Positions 26,475-37,585 of a stretch of 64,000 bases of DNA are shown in pieces. Made by a program: the position numbers and the translations under genes. The stretch's first letter is position 1. Each line of letters opens with the position of its first letter. The notes under the pieces were generated by a model. That model was given only the letters and a program-made list of their open reading frames with translations. It searched no databases and had not been told where the DNA came from. This DNA comes from an uncultured Spirochaetota bacterium (GTDB taxonomy: Bacteria > Spirochaetota > Spirochaetia > SZUA-6 > Fen-1364): the NCBI GenBank assembly GCA_963845535.1, contig CAWJSK010000004.1, positions 64,001 through 128,000 of the forward strand, read 5' to 3'.

Positions 26475-28048
26475 GTCGGGTCCTTCTGGGATCCCGCTTG
26501 GGGACCTGCCTGGGATCCCGCCTGCGGCAGGTTGAAAAGCGGCGTACGGATGCGCCGGCCCTCCTTGCCCGGGGCGCCCCCGGTGAGCCCGCCTGCCGCA
26601 CAGCCGTTTCCAAAGGTAAAGCCGCACCCGCCGCGAAGCTCATAAGCGTCCTCCGCGGTCTCCCGATGCGTGGTGGGAATGACGAAGCGCTCCTCGTAGT
26701 TCGCTATCGCCATGATCCGATACATCTCCTCCACCATCGGCCTGGTCATTCCCACCGCGTCCAGCACAGCCGTGTCGATCACCCCTTCGATGTTCTTCCT
26801 CTTCATGTATCTGCGCATGGCAAGCAGGCGCTTGAGCGCAAGGACCACAGGCTCCACTTTCCCACCGGTCAGGAGGTTGGCGAGGTATCGCATGGGGATG
26901 CGCAAGGATTCCACGTCAGGGATGAGGTCCGCCCGACCCACCAGGCCGTCCTGGAAAGCAGCCTGGATGGGGGAAAGCGGCGGCACGTACCACACCATGG
27001 GCAGCGTCCGATACTCGGGATGCAGAGGAAAGGCGACTTTCCAGTCCATGGCCATCTTGTACACCGGCGATCTCCGCGCGGCTTCCATCCAGGCGGGCGG
27101 CACGCCGTCAGCAAGAGCCTGCTTCTCCACGGCGGGGTCGTTGGGATTCAGAAATATGGCAAGCTGCGCTTCGTACAGGTCTTCCTGCCGCGCGGCGCTT
27201 GCTGCCTCCTTGATCTTGTCAGCGTCATAGAGGACCACGCCGAGGTAGCGGATGCGGCCCACACAGGTTTCCGAGCAAACCGTCGGAAGCCCAGCCTCGA
27301 TACGGGGGTAGCAGAACGTGCACTTCTCCGACTTTCCCGTCTTCCAGTTGTAATAGATCTTCTTGTACGGGCAGCCGCTCACGCACATGCGCCAGCCCCG
27401 GCACTTGTCCTGGTCTATGAGGACAATCCCGTCCTCCTCCCGCTTGTAGATTGCGCCGCTGGGACACGAGGCCACGCAGGATGGGTTGAGGCAATGCTCG
27501 CACAGGCGCGGCAGGTACATCATGAACGTGTTTTCGAACTGGCCGTAGATCTCCTTCTGCACTTCCTCGAAGTTGTAGTCCTTGCTGCGCTTGGAGAACT
27601 CTCCTCCCAGGATCTCTTCCCAGTTCGGGCCCCACTTCACCTTGTCCATGCGCTCGCCGGTGATGGCGCTCACGGGCCGGGCAATGGGCGTGGTGCGGGA
27701 TTCCTCCGCGGTCTGGAGGTGCTCATAATCGTAGGTCCAGGGCTCGTAGTAGTCATCAATCTCAGGCAGTTGGGGATTGCCGAAAATCTTGGCAAGGATG
27801 CGCCACTTGCCCCCCTGCTTCGGCTTGATGGACCCGTCCGGCTGGCGCTCCCATCCCCCCAGCCAGTGCCTCTGGTTCTCCCAGTCCTTGGGATAGCCGA
27901 TTCCCGGCTTGGTCTCAACATTCTTGAACCACGCGTACTCCATGCCTTCCCGCGAGGTCCATACGTTCTTGCAGGTGACCGAGCACGTGTGGCATCCAAT
28001 GCACTTGTCGAGGTTCATGACCATGGCTACCTGGGCTCGTACCTTCAT
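26471..28048 (-). CDS. narH: Respiratory nitrate reductase beta subunit
   Basis: NLDKCIGCHTCSVTCKNVW, CEHCLNPSC, CRGWRMC and CTFCYPR. Confidence 0.97.
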   Translation of the reverse strand: MKVRAQVAMVMNLDKCIGCHTCSVTCKNVWTSREGMEYAWFKNVETKPGIGYPKDWENQRHWLGGWERQPDGSIKPKQGGKWRILAKIFGNPQLPEIDDYYEPWTYDYEHLQTAEESRTTPIARPVSAITGERMDKVKWGPNWEEILGGEFSKRSKDYNFEEVQKEIYGQFENTFMMYLPRLCEHCLNPSCVASCPSGAIYKREEDGIVLIDQDKCRGWRMCVSGCPYKKIYYNWKTGKSEKCTFCYPRIEAGLPTVCSETCVGRIRYLGVVLYDADKIKEAASAARQEDLYEAQLAIFLNPNDPAVEKQALADGVPPAWMEAARRSPVYKMAMDWKVAFPLHPEYRTLPMVWYVPPLSPIQAAFQDGLVGRADLIPDVESLRIPMRYLANLLTGGKVEPVVLALKRLLAMRRYMKRKNIEGVIDTAVLDAVGMTRPMVEEMYRIMAIANYEERFVIPTTHRETAEDAYELRGGCGFTFGNGCAAGGLTGGAPGKEGRRIRTPLFNLPQAGSQAGPQAGSQKDPT

Positions 28049-31000
28049 GCGCGCGCTCCTTCCATCCAGTCCACTTTGTTGAGCTTGCGCACGATGACGA
28101 ACTCATCCCTGTTGGAGCCCACGGTCCCGTAGTAGTTCAACCCGTAGCTGATCTGCGCATAACCGCCAATCATGTGGGTCGGCTTGACGACGATGCGCGT
28201 GACCGAGTTGTGTATCCCGCCGCGATTTCCCGTGATCTCGCTCCCGGGTATGTTCACCAGTTTTTCCTGGGCGTGGTACATAAAGGCAGTCCCTTCCTTG
28301 ATGCGCTGGCTCACCACGGCGCGGGCAACCAGCGCACCGTTCACGTTGAAGACTTCTATCCAGTCGTTGTCCTCGAGGCCGGCTTTCTGGGCATCGATCT
28401 CACTGATCCAGACTATCGGACCGCCGCGCGAAAGGGTGAGCATGATGAGGTTGTCCGAATACGTGGAGTGGATTCCCCATTTCTGGTGCGGTGTGAGGAA
28501 GTTCAGAACGACGTACGGTCTGCCGTCGTCCAGCCGCCGCTCAACGGGCATCACAGCCTTCGTGTCCACCGGCGGCTTGTAGACGCACAGCGCCTCGCCA
28601 AATGCGCGCATCCACAGGTGGTCCTGATACAGCTCCTGGCGGCCGGTCAGGGTGCGCCAGGGGATGAGCTCGTGGACGTTGATGTAGCAGGCGCTGTAGG
28701 TGATCTCCTCGTCATCCAGGCCGCTCCAGATGGGAGAGGTGATGGTGCGCCGCGGTTGCGCCACGATGTCGCGATAGCGCACCTTTTCCGCCTCATGCCG
28801 CGCGGCAAGTTGCGCGTGTTGGTGGCCCGTGCGTTTGGAAAGCGCGTTCCAGGCTTTCACGGCAACCGCGCCGTTCGTCTCGGGGGCCAGCGTCATGATC
28901 GCCTCAGCGGCGTCGATGTCAGTCCACAGGCGCGGCCGTCCCTCTGACGGCCCCGGCTCGTGGCTTTCGCCGTTCAGCTTGCCGAGGTATTCCACCTCCG
29001 TCTGCGCGCTCCAGCTGATTCCCTTGCCGCCGGCGCCGATGGTGGACACGAGCGGCCCCAGGGACGTGTACATGGCGCCCACGTTCGGGTAGTCCCGCTC
29101 CACCACAGTCATTGTCTGGGTTGTTTTTCCGGGGATGATCTCACATTCTCCCCGCTTCCATTCCTTGACGTCGATGGCCTGTCCAAGCTCGGCGGGGCTG
29201 TCGTGCAGGAGGGCGGTGAAGACAAGGTCCTTCTCCCTGCCGAGGACGCCCTGAGCGGCCTCGGAAAACTTGAGGGCGATGGTCCGGAAGATGTCCCAGT
29301 CGGGCCTGCTCTCCCATCCAGGGTCCACCGCGGCTGCGAAGGGATGAATGAAGGTGTGCATGTCCGAAGTGTTTATGTCGTTCTTCTCATACCAGGTGGC
29401 GGTGGGCAGCACCACATCCGAGTACAGGCAGGTCGTGGACATGCGAAAGTCGAGCGTGACCAGCAGGTCGAGCTTGCCGGACGGCGAGTCCCGCCACACC
29501 ACCTCTCGTGGTTTTTTTTCTCCGAGCTCCCCGATATCCTGGCCGAGGACGCTGTTCTGGGTCCCCAGGAAATGGCGCAGGAAATACTCGTGCCCCTTTC
29601 CGCTTGACCCGATGATATTGGACCGCCAGACGAACATGTTGCGCGGGAAGTTTGCGGGATTGTCCGGGTCCTCGGAGGCGAAACGGATCTCACCGCTTTT
29701 GAGACGCTTGGTGACGAAGGGGATCGGTTCCTCCCCCACCGCGGCGGCGTCCTTCGCAATCTGAATGGGATTTCTGTCCAGGTGCGGCGCTGAGGGAAGC
29801 CATCCCATGCGCTCGGAGCGCACGTTGAAGTCGATGAGGCTTCCCTCCCAGTCTCCCGGAGGCGCCGTCGGGGAGAGGAGCTCTTTTGCGCTCACCTTCT
29901 CATAGCGCCATTGGTCGGTATGCGCGTAGAAAAACGACGTGCCGCCCATGTGCCGCGGCGGCCGGTACCAGTCAGTGGCGAACGCGATGGTTGCCCACCC
30001 GACCTGGGGCCTCACCTTCTCCTGACCAACGTAATGGGCCCAGCCTCCGCCCGACTGGCCCACGCAGCCGCAGAAAACCAGCATGTTGATGATCCCGCGG
30101 TAGGTCATGTCCATGTTGTACCAGTGGTTGATCCCCGCCCCGAGGATCACCATGGACTTGCCGCGCGTTTTCTCCGCGGTTTCCGCGAACTGCCGGGCCG
30201 TGGCAATGACGAGGTCCCGACGAACGCCCGTTATGCGCTCCTGCCAGGCCGGGGTGTAGGGAACATCATCATCGAATGATTTCGCGACGTTGCTGCCGCC
30301 CAGGCCACGATCCACCCCGTAGTTTGCAACCATCAGGTCATAGACCGTGGTGACCAGGGCTTCGCCTTCCCGGGTGGAAACCCTGACGGCAGGAACTTTG
30401 CGCACAAGGACATCGGGGTGTTCGGTCCCCGCGTAGTAGTCGTGCTTGTATGTCCCGAAGTATGGGAAGCCGACATCGACTGTCTCAGGCCGAGGCACGG
30501 CAGGAGCATCCAGGACGGACAGCCTGAGGCGCGCGCGCTCCTCCAGGTTCCACTTCCCCTCCTCGCCCCAACGGAACCCGATGGACCCTTGCGGGACCGC
30601 CACTGCGCCCGTGGCCTCATCGAAAGCGCACGGTTTCCACTCCGGATTATTCTTCTCCCCGAGGGAATCCGGGAAATCGCTTGCCCTCAGGAAGCGCTCG
30701 GGAACAAGATAATCCCCCTGCTTTACCAGCCGGACCAGAAAGGGGAAATCACTGAACTTCCGGCAGTAATCGCTGAAGTACTCGCTCCTGCGCTGGACGT
30801 GGAACTCTTTCAATATCACGTGGCCCAGAGCCATGGCCACCGCGGAATCAGTGCCCGAGCGGGGATGGAGCCAGAGGTCGGCAAACTTGGAAGCCTCGCT
30901 GTAGTCCGGGCAGATCACGACGCTCTGCGTCCCCTTGTAGCGCGCCTCCGTGTAGAAATGAGCGTCAGGGGTGCGGGTCTGCGGGACGTTGGAGCCCCAA

Positions 31001-31752
31001 AGGATGAGGAACATCGCGTTGTACCAGTCCGCGCTCTCCGGCACGTCGGTCTGCTCTCCCCAGGTCTGCGGCGAGCTGGGGGGAAGGTCGCAGTACCAGT
31101 CGTAAAAGCTCAAGCTGACTCCGCCAATCAGCTGGAGGTAGCGGCTTCCTGACGCGTGGGAAACCATGGACATCGCGGGGATGGGAGAAAAGCCGCAGAT
31201 TCTGTCAGGGCCGTATTTATGTGTGGTGTAGACGTTGGCTGCCGCAACCATTTCGGCCGCCTCGTCCCAGGTTGCCCGGACAAAACCGCCCAGGCCGCGC
31301 ACCGAGGTGTAGGCTTTGCGCTTCTCGGGGTCCTCCACGATGGACGCCCATGCGTCCACCGCGGACTTAGTAGAGCGCGCCTCGCGGTACATCTTCAGGA
31401 GACGGCCGCGCACAAGCGGGTACTTCAGCCGGTTGCCGCTGTACAGGTACCACGAATAGCTTGCCCCGCGCGCGCAGCCCCGGGGCTCGTGGTTCGGCAT
31501 GTCGGGCCGCATCCGCGGGTAGTCGGTCTGCTGCGTTTCCCAGGTGACGATCCCGCCCTTGACGTAGATCTTCCAGCTGCACGAGCCCGTGCAGTTCACG
31601 CCGTGGGTGGAGCGCACCACCTTGTCGTGCTGCCATCGGGTGCGGTAGCCCTCCTCCCAGGCGCGGTCCTCCGTGCTGACCACGCCGTGGCCGCCGGCAA
31701 AGCGCCCCGCAATCTTCGTGAAGAAAAGAAGTCGATCAGGGAAATGGCTCAT
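28045..31752 (-). CDS. narG: Respiratory nitrate reductase alpha subunit (cytoplasm-facing, no Tat signal)
   Basis: [47 protein letters not shown] and [15 protein letters not shown] at 31752. Confidence 0.97.
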   Translation of the reverse strand: MSHFPDRLLFFTKIAGRFAGGHGVVSTEDRAWEEGYRTRWQHDKVVRSTHGVNCTGSCSWKIYVKGGIVTWETQQTDYPRMRPDMPNHEPRGCARGASYSWYLYSGNRLKYPLVRGRLLKMYREARSTKSAVDAWASIVEDPEKRKAYTSVRGLGGFVRATWDEAAEMVAAANVYTTHKYGPDRICGFSPIPAMSMVSHASGSRYLQLIGGVSLSFYDWYCDLPPSSPQTWGEQTDVPESADWYNAMFLILWGSNVPQTRTPDAHFYTEARYKGTQSVVICPDYSEASKFADLWLHPRSGTDSAVAMALGHVILKEFHVQRRSEYFSDYCRKFSDFPFLVRLVKQGDYLVPERFLRASDFPDSLGEKNNPEWKPCAFDEATGAVAVPQGSIGFRWGEEGKWNLEERARLRLSVLDAPAVPRPETVDVGFPYFGTYKHDYYAGTEHPDVLVRKVPAVRVSTREGEALVTTVYDLMVANYGVDRGLGGSNVAKSFDDDVPYTPAWQERITGVRRDLVIATARQFAETAEKTRGKSMVILGAGINHWYNMDMTYRGIINMLVFCGCVGQSGGGWAHYVGQEKVRPQVGWATIAFATDWYRPPRHMGGTSFFYAHTDQWRYEKVSAKELLSPTAPPGDWEGSLIDFNVRSERMGWLPSAPHLDRNPIQIAKDAAAVGEEPIPFVTKRLKSGEIRFASEDPDNPANFPRNMFVWRSNIIGSSGKGHEYFLRHFLGTQNSVLGQDIGELGEKKPREVVWRDSPSGKLDLLVTLDFRMSTTCLYSDVVLPTATWYEKNDINTSDMHTFIHPFAAAVDPGWESRPDWDIFRTIALKFSEAAQGVLGREKDLVFTALLHDSPAELGQAIDVKEWKRGECEIIPGKTTQTMTVVERDYPNVGAMYTSLGPLVSTIGAGGKGISWSAQTEVEYLGKLNGESHEPGPSEGRPRLWTDIDAAEAIMTLAPETNGAVAVKAWNALSKRTGHQHAQLAARHEAEKVRYRDIVAQPRRTITSPIWSGLDDEEITYSACYINVHELIPWRTLTGRQELYQDHLWMRAFGEALCVYKPPVDTKAVMPVERRLDDGRPYVVLNFLTPHQKWGIHSTYSDNLIMLTLSRGGPIVWISEIDAQKAGLEDNDWIEVFNVNGALVARAVVSQRIKEGTAFMYHAQEKLVNIPGSEITGNRGGIHNSVTRIVVKPTHMIGGYAQISYGLNYYGTVGSNRDEFVIVRKLNKVDWMEGARA

Positions 31753-32858
31753 CTTCTGTCTCCTTGGGCGCGCAAAGAACGCAGGGAGCTGAGGCTGCGG
31801 CCAATGGCGACAAGCATCCCCGCAAGGACCGCAAGCCAGGCAGCCACGGCAATCCAGAGAAAGATCCTCGGTATCCATTCGAGGAAGCTCAGCCCTGTGG
31901 CGCGGGCAAGCACGAACGTGCAGGCCGTGTACATTCCCAGCGGGAACACCATGCCCCAGTACTGTGGCTCATAGCGAAGCGGAAAACCCCTCACCGGATG
32001 CCGCCAGAGCCCGAGAACTACGAGCAGCGGGATCCACCACGTTGCACTCGACCAGAAGAAGAGCGTGTACCCTTTGAGAAACGGCTCCATTCCCGCGAGG
32101 AAGGCCCATTCGTGAGCGCTTGCAAGGAGTCTGGCGCCGCTCAGGGTCGTGATGGCGGCGGCGCCCATGGAGATCCAGGTAAGGGGGGAAAGCTCCCCGG
32201 GCGCAAGAGGGAAGAATACCAGGCGGTAAAACAGGAGCGTAATGATAATGATGTACAGCATGCCGCCGGCCAGGCTGAAGCAGACGGACAGGAACAGGAG
32301 ACCTTCGGCATGTGACGGATAGCCGGCGGTGAGGACCGCGGCAAGGACCGAGACGGATTGCGTGGCAACCACACTGACGAGCCAGCCTCCGTTGATCCCG
32401 GACCCCAGCGCGGGTTTCGAGTCGGCTGAAACCACCGCCGCAAAAAACGAATACGTCAGGATGATCCATAAGATCACGCCGAGGACCCACAGCGCAAGAG
32501 CAAGCCGATGATTCTCAGTGACCAGCTCCACCTGTGTCCCCAGGACGCATGCGCCTGCCACGGTTGTGAAAAACCCCGGTCCCGTGGCGTGGCCGAAAAG
32601 GTCGGCGCGCAAGCGCTGAAAGCTCCCGAACAGCCGAGCGAGGGTGAGAAGCCAGAGAGCCGCGAAAAAAACCTCGTTGAACGCGAGGAGGACACGGGCG
32701 ATAACGGGGAAGGAAAGGAGAAAGGCCGCCGTCGAGACGATCCCCGTGGCCATCACGAGCGCGAAGGAGCCGGGGTAGAGATCGCGAGCTGTTTGGGAAA
32801 ACAGCCGAGCCGGTCCGACACCGGCAACAGATGGCGCTGCCGCAGTGTGCATGTTCAC
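31749..32858 (-). CDS. TDT/SLAC1-family (tellurite-resistance/dicarboxylate) anion channel or transporter
   Basis: [42 protein letters not shown] and [11 protein letters not shown]; about 10 TM. Overlaps both mobA and narG by 4 nt. Confidence 0.88.
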   Translation of the reverse strand: MNMHTAAAPSVAGVGPARLFSQTARDLYPGSFALVMATGIVSTAAFLLSFPVIARVLLAFNEVFFAALWLLTLARLFGSFQRLRADLFGHATGPGFFTTVAGACVLGTQVELVTENHRLALALWVLGVILWIILTYSFFAAVVSADSKPALGSGINGGWLVSVVATQSVSVLAAVLTAGYPSHAEGLLFLSVCFSLAGGMLYIIIITLLFYRLVFFPLAPGELSPLTWISMGAAAITTLSGARLLASAHEWAFLAGMEPFLKGYTLFFWSSATWWIPLLVVLGLWRHPVRGFPLRYEPQYWGMVFPLGMYTACTFVLARATGLSFLEWIPRIFLWIAVAAWLAVLAGMLVAIGRSLSSLRSLRAQGDRR

Positions 32859-33436
32859 GCTCCCGGCGGGAAAAAGCCGCCCGCCGCCTTTATGTACTCT
32901 TCGGGATCATTGATGTTGGCAAGCTCCTCGGGATGATCCGGCTCCACAAGGCAGACGTGTACGTCCCGAAGAAGCTTGAGGGTGTAGCGCCCCTTCGCGC
33001 TTGCCTCCTGGAGCACCGGCAGGATCCGGGGCTCATAAATCGTGCAGACCGGCTCGGGTTGATCAATCTCCGGATTTCGAAAAGCGGTGGCGAAAGCACA
33101 AGGGTCCCGGCGCTCCAGGAGCCGCCGGAGGGTGGCCTCCGAAAGAAAAGGCATGTCCACGGCAACCACAAGCCACGCGGTCAAAGGGTCCTCGCGGAAG
33201 GCGGAAAGTATCCCTGCCAGCGGACCTATTCCCTCCTGATGGTCGGCAAGGAGCCGCAGCCCTGCGAAAGCGGCGTCCTCCATCTGGGCGTTTCGGACCG
33301 AGACGTACGCCGGCGGAGCCAGACGATCGAGCATCGTGGCAACCCTCCTCACCTGGAGCTCTCCTTTGTATATCAGAAGGGCCTTGTCCCGGCCCATGCG
33401 CGTGCTCAATCCGCCGGCAAGAACCAGAGACCGCAT
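32855..33436 (-). CDS. mobA: Molybdenum cofactor guanylyltransferase
   Basis: [26 protein letters not shown] and NINDPEE. Confidence 0.92.
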   Translation of the reverse strand: MRSLVLAGGLSTRMGRDKALLIYKGELQVRRVATMLDRLAPPAYVSVRNAQMEDAAFAGLRLLADHQEGIGPLAGILSAFREDPLTAWLVVAVDMPFLSEATLRRLLERRDPCAFATAFRNPEIDQPEPVCTIYEPRILPVLQEASAKGRYTLKLLRDVHVCLVEPDHPEELANINDPEEYIKAAGGFFPPGA

Positions 33437-33533
33437 TGCCCCGCCTCAATCACGCATGCCGTCTGATATGGAATCTATAAAAGGACACTCCCGCAGTCAC
33501 CCTTTTCTTTTGCTTTTCCGCCTGCTCCCGTTT

Positions 33534-33547
33534 TTGATTATGTTGAA
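33534..33547. promoter_or_regulatory. Possible FNR-like site upstream of the mobA-nar operon
   Basis: TTGAT-TATG-TTGAA, an 8/10 match to TTGAT-N4-ATCAA. Confidence 0.3.
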
Positions 33548-33567
33548 CCCGAGGCAGGGCAGCAATA

Positions 33568-34191
33568 GTGACAGAAGAACGCGGTCCAATCAGGGCGCTT
33601 TTTCTCGACATCGGGGGGGTGCTCCTCTCCAATGGATGGGGACAGGTGGCGCGTCAGAGGGCCGCTGAAGCGTTCAGTCTCGACTTCGAAGAGATGAACG
33701 AACGCCATCACCTCACCTTTGATACGTACGAAGAGGGAAAGCTCAGTCTCGACGAATACCTCAACCGAGTGGTGTTCTACAAGGAACGTCCCTACACCCG
33801 GGAAGAGTTCAAGACCTTCATGTACGCTCAGACCTTTGCGTACCCGCACACCATCGGTCTTGTTCGGAAGCTGAAAGCGCGTTATGGGCTGAAAGTGGCG
33901 GTGGTGAGCAACGAAGGCCGCGAGCTTACCGAGTATCGCATCCGAACTTTCAAGCTCGGGGAGTTCGTGGATTTCTTCGTCGTTTCCTCCTTCGTGCACA
34001 TCAGGAAGCCGGATGCGGACATCTTCCGCGTTGCCCTCGACATTGCCCAGGTCCCCGCGCAGCAGGTGGCGTACGTCGAGGACCGGCTCATGTTCGTGGA
34101 GGTGGCGGAACGACTGGGCATCCTGGGCGTCTACCACGTGGATTTCAAGGCAACCAGCGCGGCACTCGCGCGCGCTGGGCTCACGCCATGA
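33568..34191 (+). CDS. HAD-superfamily phosphatase
   Basis: FLDIGGVL, VVSNEG, RKPDADIF and YVEDR. Confidence 0.9.
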   Translation: MTEERGPIRALFLDIGGVLLSNGWGQVARQRAAEAFSLDFEEMNERHHLTFDTYEEGKLSLDEYLNRVVFYKERPYTREEFKTFMYAQTFAYPHTIGLVRKLKARYGLKVAVVSNEGRELTEYRIRTFKLGEFVDFFVVSSFVHIRKPDADIFRVALDIAQVPAQQVAYVEDRLMFVEVAERLGILGVYHVDFKATSAALARAGLTP

Positions 34192-34324
34192 GCGGCGCAC
34201 GGGCTTCTCATTTCCGCCTGCCGGCGGGCCTGCGCGTCAAAGGCAGTGCCAGCGAATCGCGGAGTATCTCAATAGCCTACGGCAGCCAGGCGATTCAATT
34301 CTTCACGCGCGGGAGCACCCCGTC

Positions 34325-35089
34325 ATGAAACGGACCGCGCGGCGCGTGAGCCCTCTTTCACGGCAGGCCACAGAGGCAGCTCACTGCACCTATGACGTGA
34401 AGCTGCGGATCCTGCGTCAGCTCCCGTTCCTCGTTGACCTCGCCGATTCCGATATCGAGAAGCTCAGCGGCTTCTTCCATGACCTGGGGTACGCTCCGGG
34501 AAAACCCGTGTACCTTGCCGGCGAGCCTGCTTCCCGGCTTTTCGCGGTTGCTGAGGGAAAAGTGAAGCTCGTTCGCGCGGGCGTTGACGGCCAGAGCCTC
34601 CTCGTCGACATGCTCGGCGACGGTGATTTTTTCGGGAGCCTCGAGCATCTCGGGGAGGATCGCTATTCCGACGGCGCCATCGCGCACGTGCAATCCTGTG
34701 TTCTGGCAATCAGCGCACAGGACTTCACTTCGCTCCTTGTGCAATTCCCGCCCGTCTCTCTGCGGTTGGTCGGCATCCTGGCCGAGCGACTGCGCCGGGC
34801 GCACGAGAAGCTGCAGATGCTGAGCGGGCTTTCCGTGGAAGGCCGGATCGCTATCGTGCTCCTGAGGCTGGCCGGGAGGTTCGGCGAGCAGCAGCGCCTG
34901 GGGACTCTCATCCAGCTGCCGCTTTCCCGCGAGGAGCTCGGTGAGATGGCAGGGACCACCACGGAAAGCGCAAGCAGGGCGGTAAGCCGCTTCTCGCGGG
35001 ACGGCATGATCCGTAGCGGCCGACGATGGGTGGCCGTCGTTGATCCTGATCGTCTTTCATCGATTTCGGAATCTCCTGCGGATATTTGA
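34325..35089 (+). CDS. Crp/Fnr-family transcriptional regulator
   Basis: cNMP-binding fold (GKVKL, GDFFGSL) and HTH LSREELGEMAGTTTESASR. ATG at 34325. Confidence 0.9.
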   Translation: MKRTARRVSPLSRQATEAAHCTYDVKLRILRQLPFLVDLADSDIEKLSGFFHDLGYAPGKPVYLAGEPASRLFAVAEGKVKLVRAGVDGQSLLVDMLGDGDFFGSLEHLGEDRYSDGAIAHVQSCVLAISAQDFTSLLVQFPPVSLRLVGILAERLRRAHEKLQMLSGLSVEGRIAIVLLRLAGRFGEQQRLGTLIQLPLSREELGEMAGTTTESASRAVSRFSRDGMIRSGRRWVAVVDPDRLSSISESPADI

Positions 35090-35127
35090 CGCGCATCAAG
35101 GTTCTTTTCCTCCCACGGCCCTACCTT
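35086..35127 (+). promoter_or_regulatory. FNR-type box with class II promoter geometry
   Basis: TTGAC-GCGC-ATCAA (35086-35099) and -10 TACCTT (35122-35127); the box centre falls about 41.5 bp upstream of the predicted TSS. Confidence 0.7.
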
Positions 35128-35148
35128 TGAACTTGATCGGAGGAAAAC

Positions 35149-35364
35149 ATGAAGACGATTCTCAGAAGCAGCGAGCTTTCCTGCCCGTCGTGCGTTGCGA
35201 AGATCGAAAAGGCGCTGAAGTCGGTGCCCGGAGTCACGGAGGCGCGCGTGCACTTTGAAACCGCCCGCATCGACGTGGACCATGATGCCGCCACGGCGCC
35301 GGTGGACAAGCTGCTGAAAGCAGTCCAATCGGCAGGCTATGATGCCAGGCCCTCGACGCTGTAG
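35149..35364 (+). CDS. Heavy-metal-associated (HMA/CopZ-like) chaperone
   Basis: LSCPSCVAKIEKAL and C-terminal AGY; RBS GGAGG. Confidence 0.9.
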   Translation: MKTILRSSELSCPSCVAKIEKALKSVPGVTEARVHFETARIDVDHDAATAPVDKLLKAVQSAGYDARPSTL

Positions 35365-37336
35365 TCCGCTCCTGCTGCTTCGAAATCCCGGCAGCAGGCG
35401 CCTTTTCCTGATGCTCGCAAGCGGTGCGTTGATTGCCGCATCCCTTGCCGCGGCGCGGTTTCCGGCCGGCGGTCGGCTATCAAGCATCCTCATGGGGGCA
35501 GCCGCGGCAACAGCGGGACTCGACATCGCCGCGCGAGCGTGGAGAAGCCTGCGCGCGCGATCCATCGGCATCGAGCTTCTCGTCACAATCGCCGCCGCAG
35601 GGGCGATCGTTCTGGGAGAGTACTGGGAAGCCGCGGCGGTGACTTTTCTCTTTCTCTTCGGCGCATACCTTGAAGCGTGGACGCTCCGTCGAACCCGCGG
35701 AGTGCTGCGGCAGCTCCTGGATCTTGCTCCCCTGACCGCAACGGTGCTGAGAGATGGGAGGGAGATGAAAGCCCGTCCCGAAGAGGTGCATCCCGGAGAA
35801 AGCATCCTTGTCCGTCCGGGTGAGCGGATTTCCGTTGACGGAGAGATCGTTCTTGGATCCTCCGCCGTCAACGAAAGCTCGATCACCGGGGAGCCTGTTC
35901 CCGTGGACAAGGCAGAGGGAGACTCTGTCTTCGCCGGAACGCTCAACACGGACGGGCTGCTCACCGTCCGGGCAACCCGGGTCGGCGCGGACACGACTCT
36001 TGCCCGCATTGTCCACCGGGTGGAGGAGGCGCAGGAGGCGCGGGCACCGACGCAGAAGTTCATCGACAGGTTTGCCCGTTGGTACACCCCTGCCATCATC
36101 GCGGCGAGTGTGGTGCTTTTCATCATTACGCGGCGAATTGAGCTGGCGCTGACCATGCTCGTCATTTCCTGCCCTGGCGCGCTGGTCGTCTCCACGCCCG
36201 TCGCGGTTGTTGCCGGGATTGGCAGGGCCGCGCGCGAAGGCATCCTGATCAGGGGCGGGGAATACCTGGAGCGCGCCGGAAAAATCACTGCCTTGGCGCT
36301 GGACAAGACGGGCACCGTAACGAAGGCCGAACCCCGGCTTGCCGACATCCTGACCCTGGGGCAGTTGCCGCCCGCGCCGGTGGTGAACGGCGCTCCTGCC
36401 GAACAAAGGCTGCTCTTATGGGCGGCCGTTGCCGAATCCGGCTCGGAGCATCCCCTGGCCAGACCTCTGGTTGAGGCGGCTGAGCAGGTGGCGGCGCGCG
36501 GCCTCGGAAGACCTCCTGGCAGCGTCTCTGCCGGGATGATTCCACGTCCTGAGCTCTTCGAAGCCCATCCCGGCAATGGGGTTGTGGCGGGATACGAGAG
36601 TCATAGGATCGTTGTGGGAAGCACGAGGTTCCTCGAGAGCCTGGGAATACCGGTCCCGGCCGCTGATAAGGATCGCATCGATGCTCTCAGGCGCGCCGGC
36701 AGGACCGTGATCCTCCTCGGCCTTGATCAGCGCCTTGGAGGCGCATTCGGCATCACCGACACGGTGCGCGCCGCGGCTCGATCAGCCGTGGATGACCTCC
36801 GCAAGATCGGGGTCAGGAGGATCGCACTGCTCACGGGAGATGATCCTGCGAGCGCCGCCGATGTGGCAAAAGCCGTCGGAATCACGGAAGTGCGCGCGGG
36901 GATGCTGCCCGAGCAGAAGCTCGAATACATCCGCATGCTGAAGGCCGAGGGCGAGGTGGCCGCCATGGCGGGAGACGGAGTCAATGACGCCCCCGCGCTC
37001 GCTGCCGCGGACATCGGCATCGCCATGGCCGCAGCAGGCAGCGGCGTGGCCATCGAGACCGCTGACGTGGCTCTCATGACGGACGACCTGTCGAAAATAC
37101 CCATGACCATCCTGCTTTCGCGCAGAACGCTGAAAGTGATCCGGCAGAACCTGGCAATCGCGCTGGTCGCCGTCAGCGCACTGATCGCGGGGGTCGCCGT
37201 GGGGCGCGTGGACATGGCCGCCGGCATGCTCTTCCACGAGGCTTCCGTCCTCATCGTCATCCTCAATGCAATGCGTCTGCTCGGCGCGCCGGCCAGGAAG
37301 CTCCAGGATCAAAGAGATCGATATATTTTTCCGTGA
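35339..37336 (+). CDS. P1B-type heavy-metal ATPase with a CPG motif
   Basis: TGEP, SCPGAL, DKTGT, SEHPL, TGD, GDGVNDAP and HEAS. Start approximate. Confidence 0.93.
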   Translation: MMPGPRRCSPLLLLRNPGSRRLFLMLASGALIAASLAAARFPAGGRLSSILMGAAAATAGLDIAARAWRSLRARSIGIELLVTIAAAGAIVLGEYWEAAAVTFLFLFGAYLEAWTLRRTRGVLRQLLDLAPLTATVLRDGREMKARPEEVHPGESILVRPGERISVDGEIVLGSSAVNESSITGEPVPVDKAEGDSVFAGTLNTDGLLTVRATRVGADTTLARIVHRVEEAQEARAPTQKFIDRFARWYTPAIIAASVVLFIITRRIELALTMLVISCPGALVVSTPVAVVAGIGRAAREGILIRGGEYLERAGKITALALDKTGTVTKAEPRLADILTLGQLPPAPVVNGAPAEQRLLLWAAVAESGSEHPLARPLVEAAEQVAARGLGRPPGSVSAGMIPRPELFEAHPGNGVVAGYESHRIVVGSTRFLESLGIPVPAADKDRIDALRRAGRTVILLGLDQRLGGAFGITDTVRAAARSAVDDLRKIGVRRIALLTGDDPASAADVAKAVGITEVRAGMLPEQKLEYIRMLKAEGEVAAMAGDGVNDAPALAAADIGIAMAAAGSGVAIETADVALMTDDLSKIPMTILLSRRTLKVIRQNLAIALVAVSALIAGVAVGRVDMAAGMLFHEASVLIVILNAMRLLGAPARKLQDQRDRYIFP

Positions 37337-37351
37337 GGGAAGGAGACTGGA

Positions 37352-37573
37352 ATGAAGGTCAGCATTGACCGTGAAGAGTGCACGAGCTGCGCCCTTTGCT
37401 GGTCTGATTGTCCCGATGTCTTCGAGGAGGATCCAAAGGACGGCTTGAGCAGGATCGTGGAAAAGCTGCGGATTGCCGGTGACATGGCGCGCGGCGAGGC
37501 CCCGGAACCCTTGCGCTCCGCCGCGCAGGCGGCCGCTGACGGGTGTCCTGTCTCGATCATCCATGTCGAGTAG
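37352..37573 (+). CDS. Single-cluster ferredoxin
   Basis: CTSCALCWSDCPDVF...GCPVSII; RBS AAGGAG. Confidence 0.9.
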   Translation: MKVSIDREECTSCALCWSDCPDVFEEDPKDGLSRIVEKLRIAGDMARGEAPEPLRSAAQAAADGCPVSIIHVE

Positions 37574-37585
37574 CGCCGCGGCAGC

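Noticed and set aside
26487..26522. 3 x 12-bp tandem repeat at the narH 3' end (QAGS/QAGP/QAGS)
   Set aside because: It is a short in-frame low-complexity tail with no spacers; not CRISPR and unlikely to be functional.
28045..31752. Alternative identity as nitrite oxidoreductase, perchlorate reductase or periplasmic Nar
   Set aside because: There is no Tat signal, and canonical narH-narJ-narI follow, which fits cytoplasm-facing NarG.
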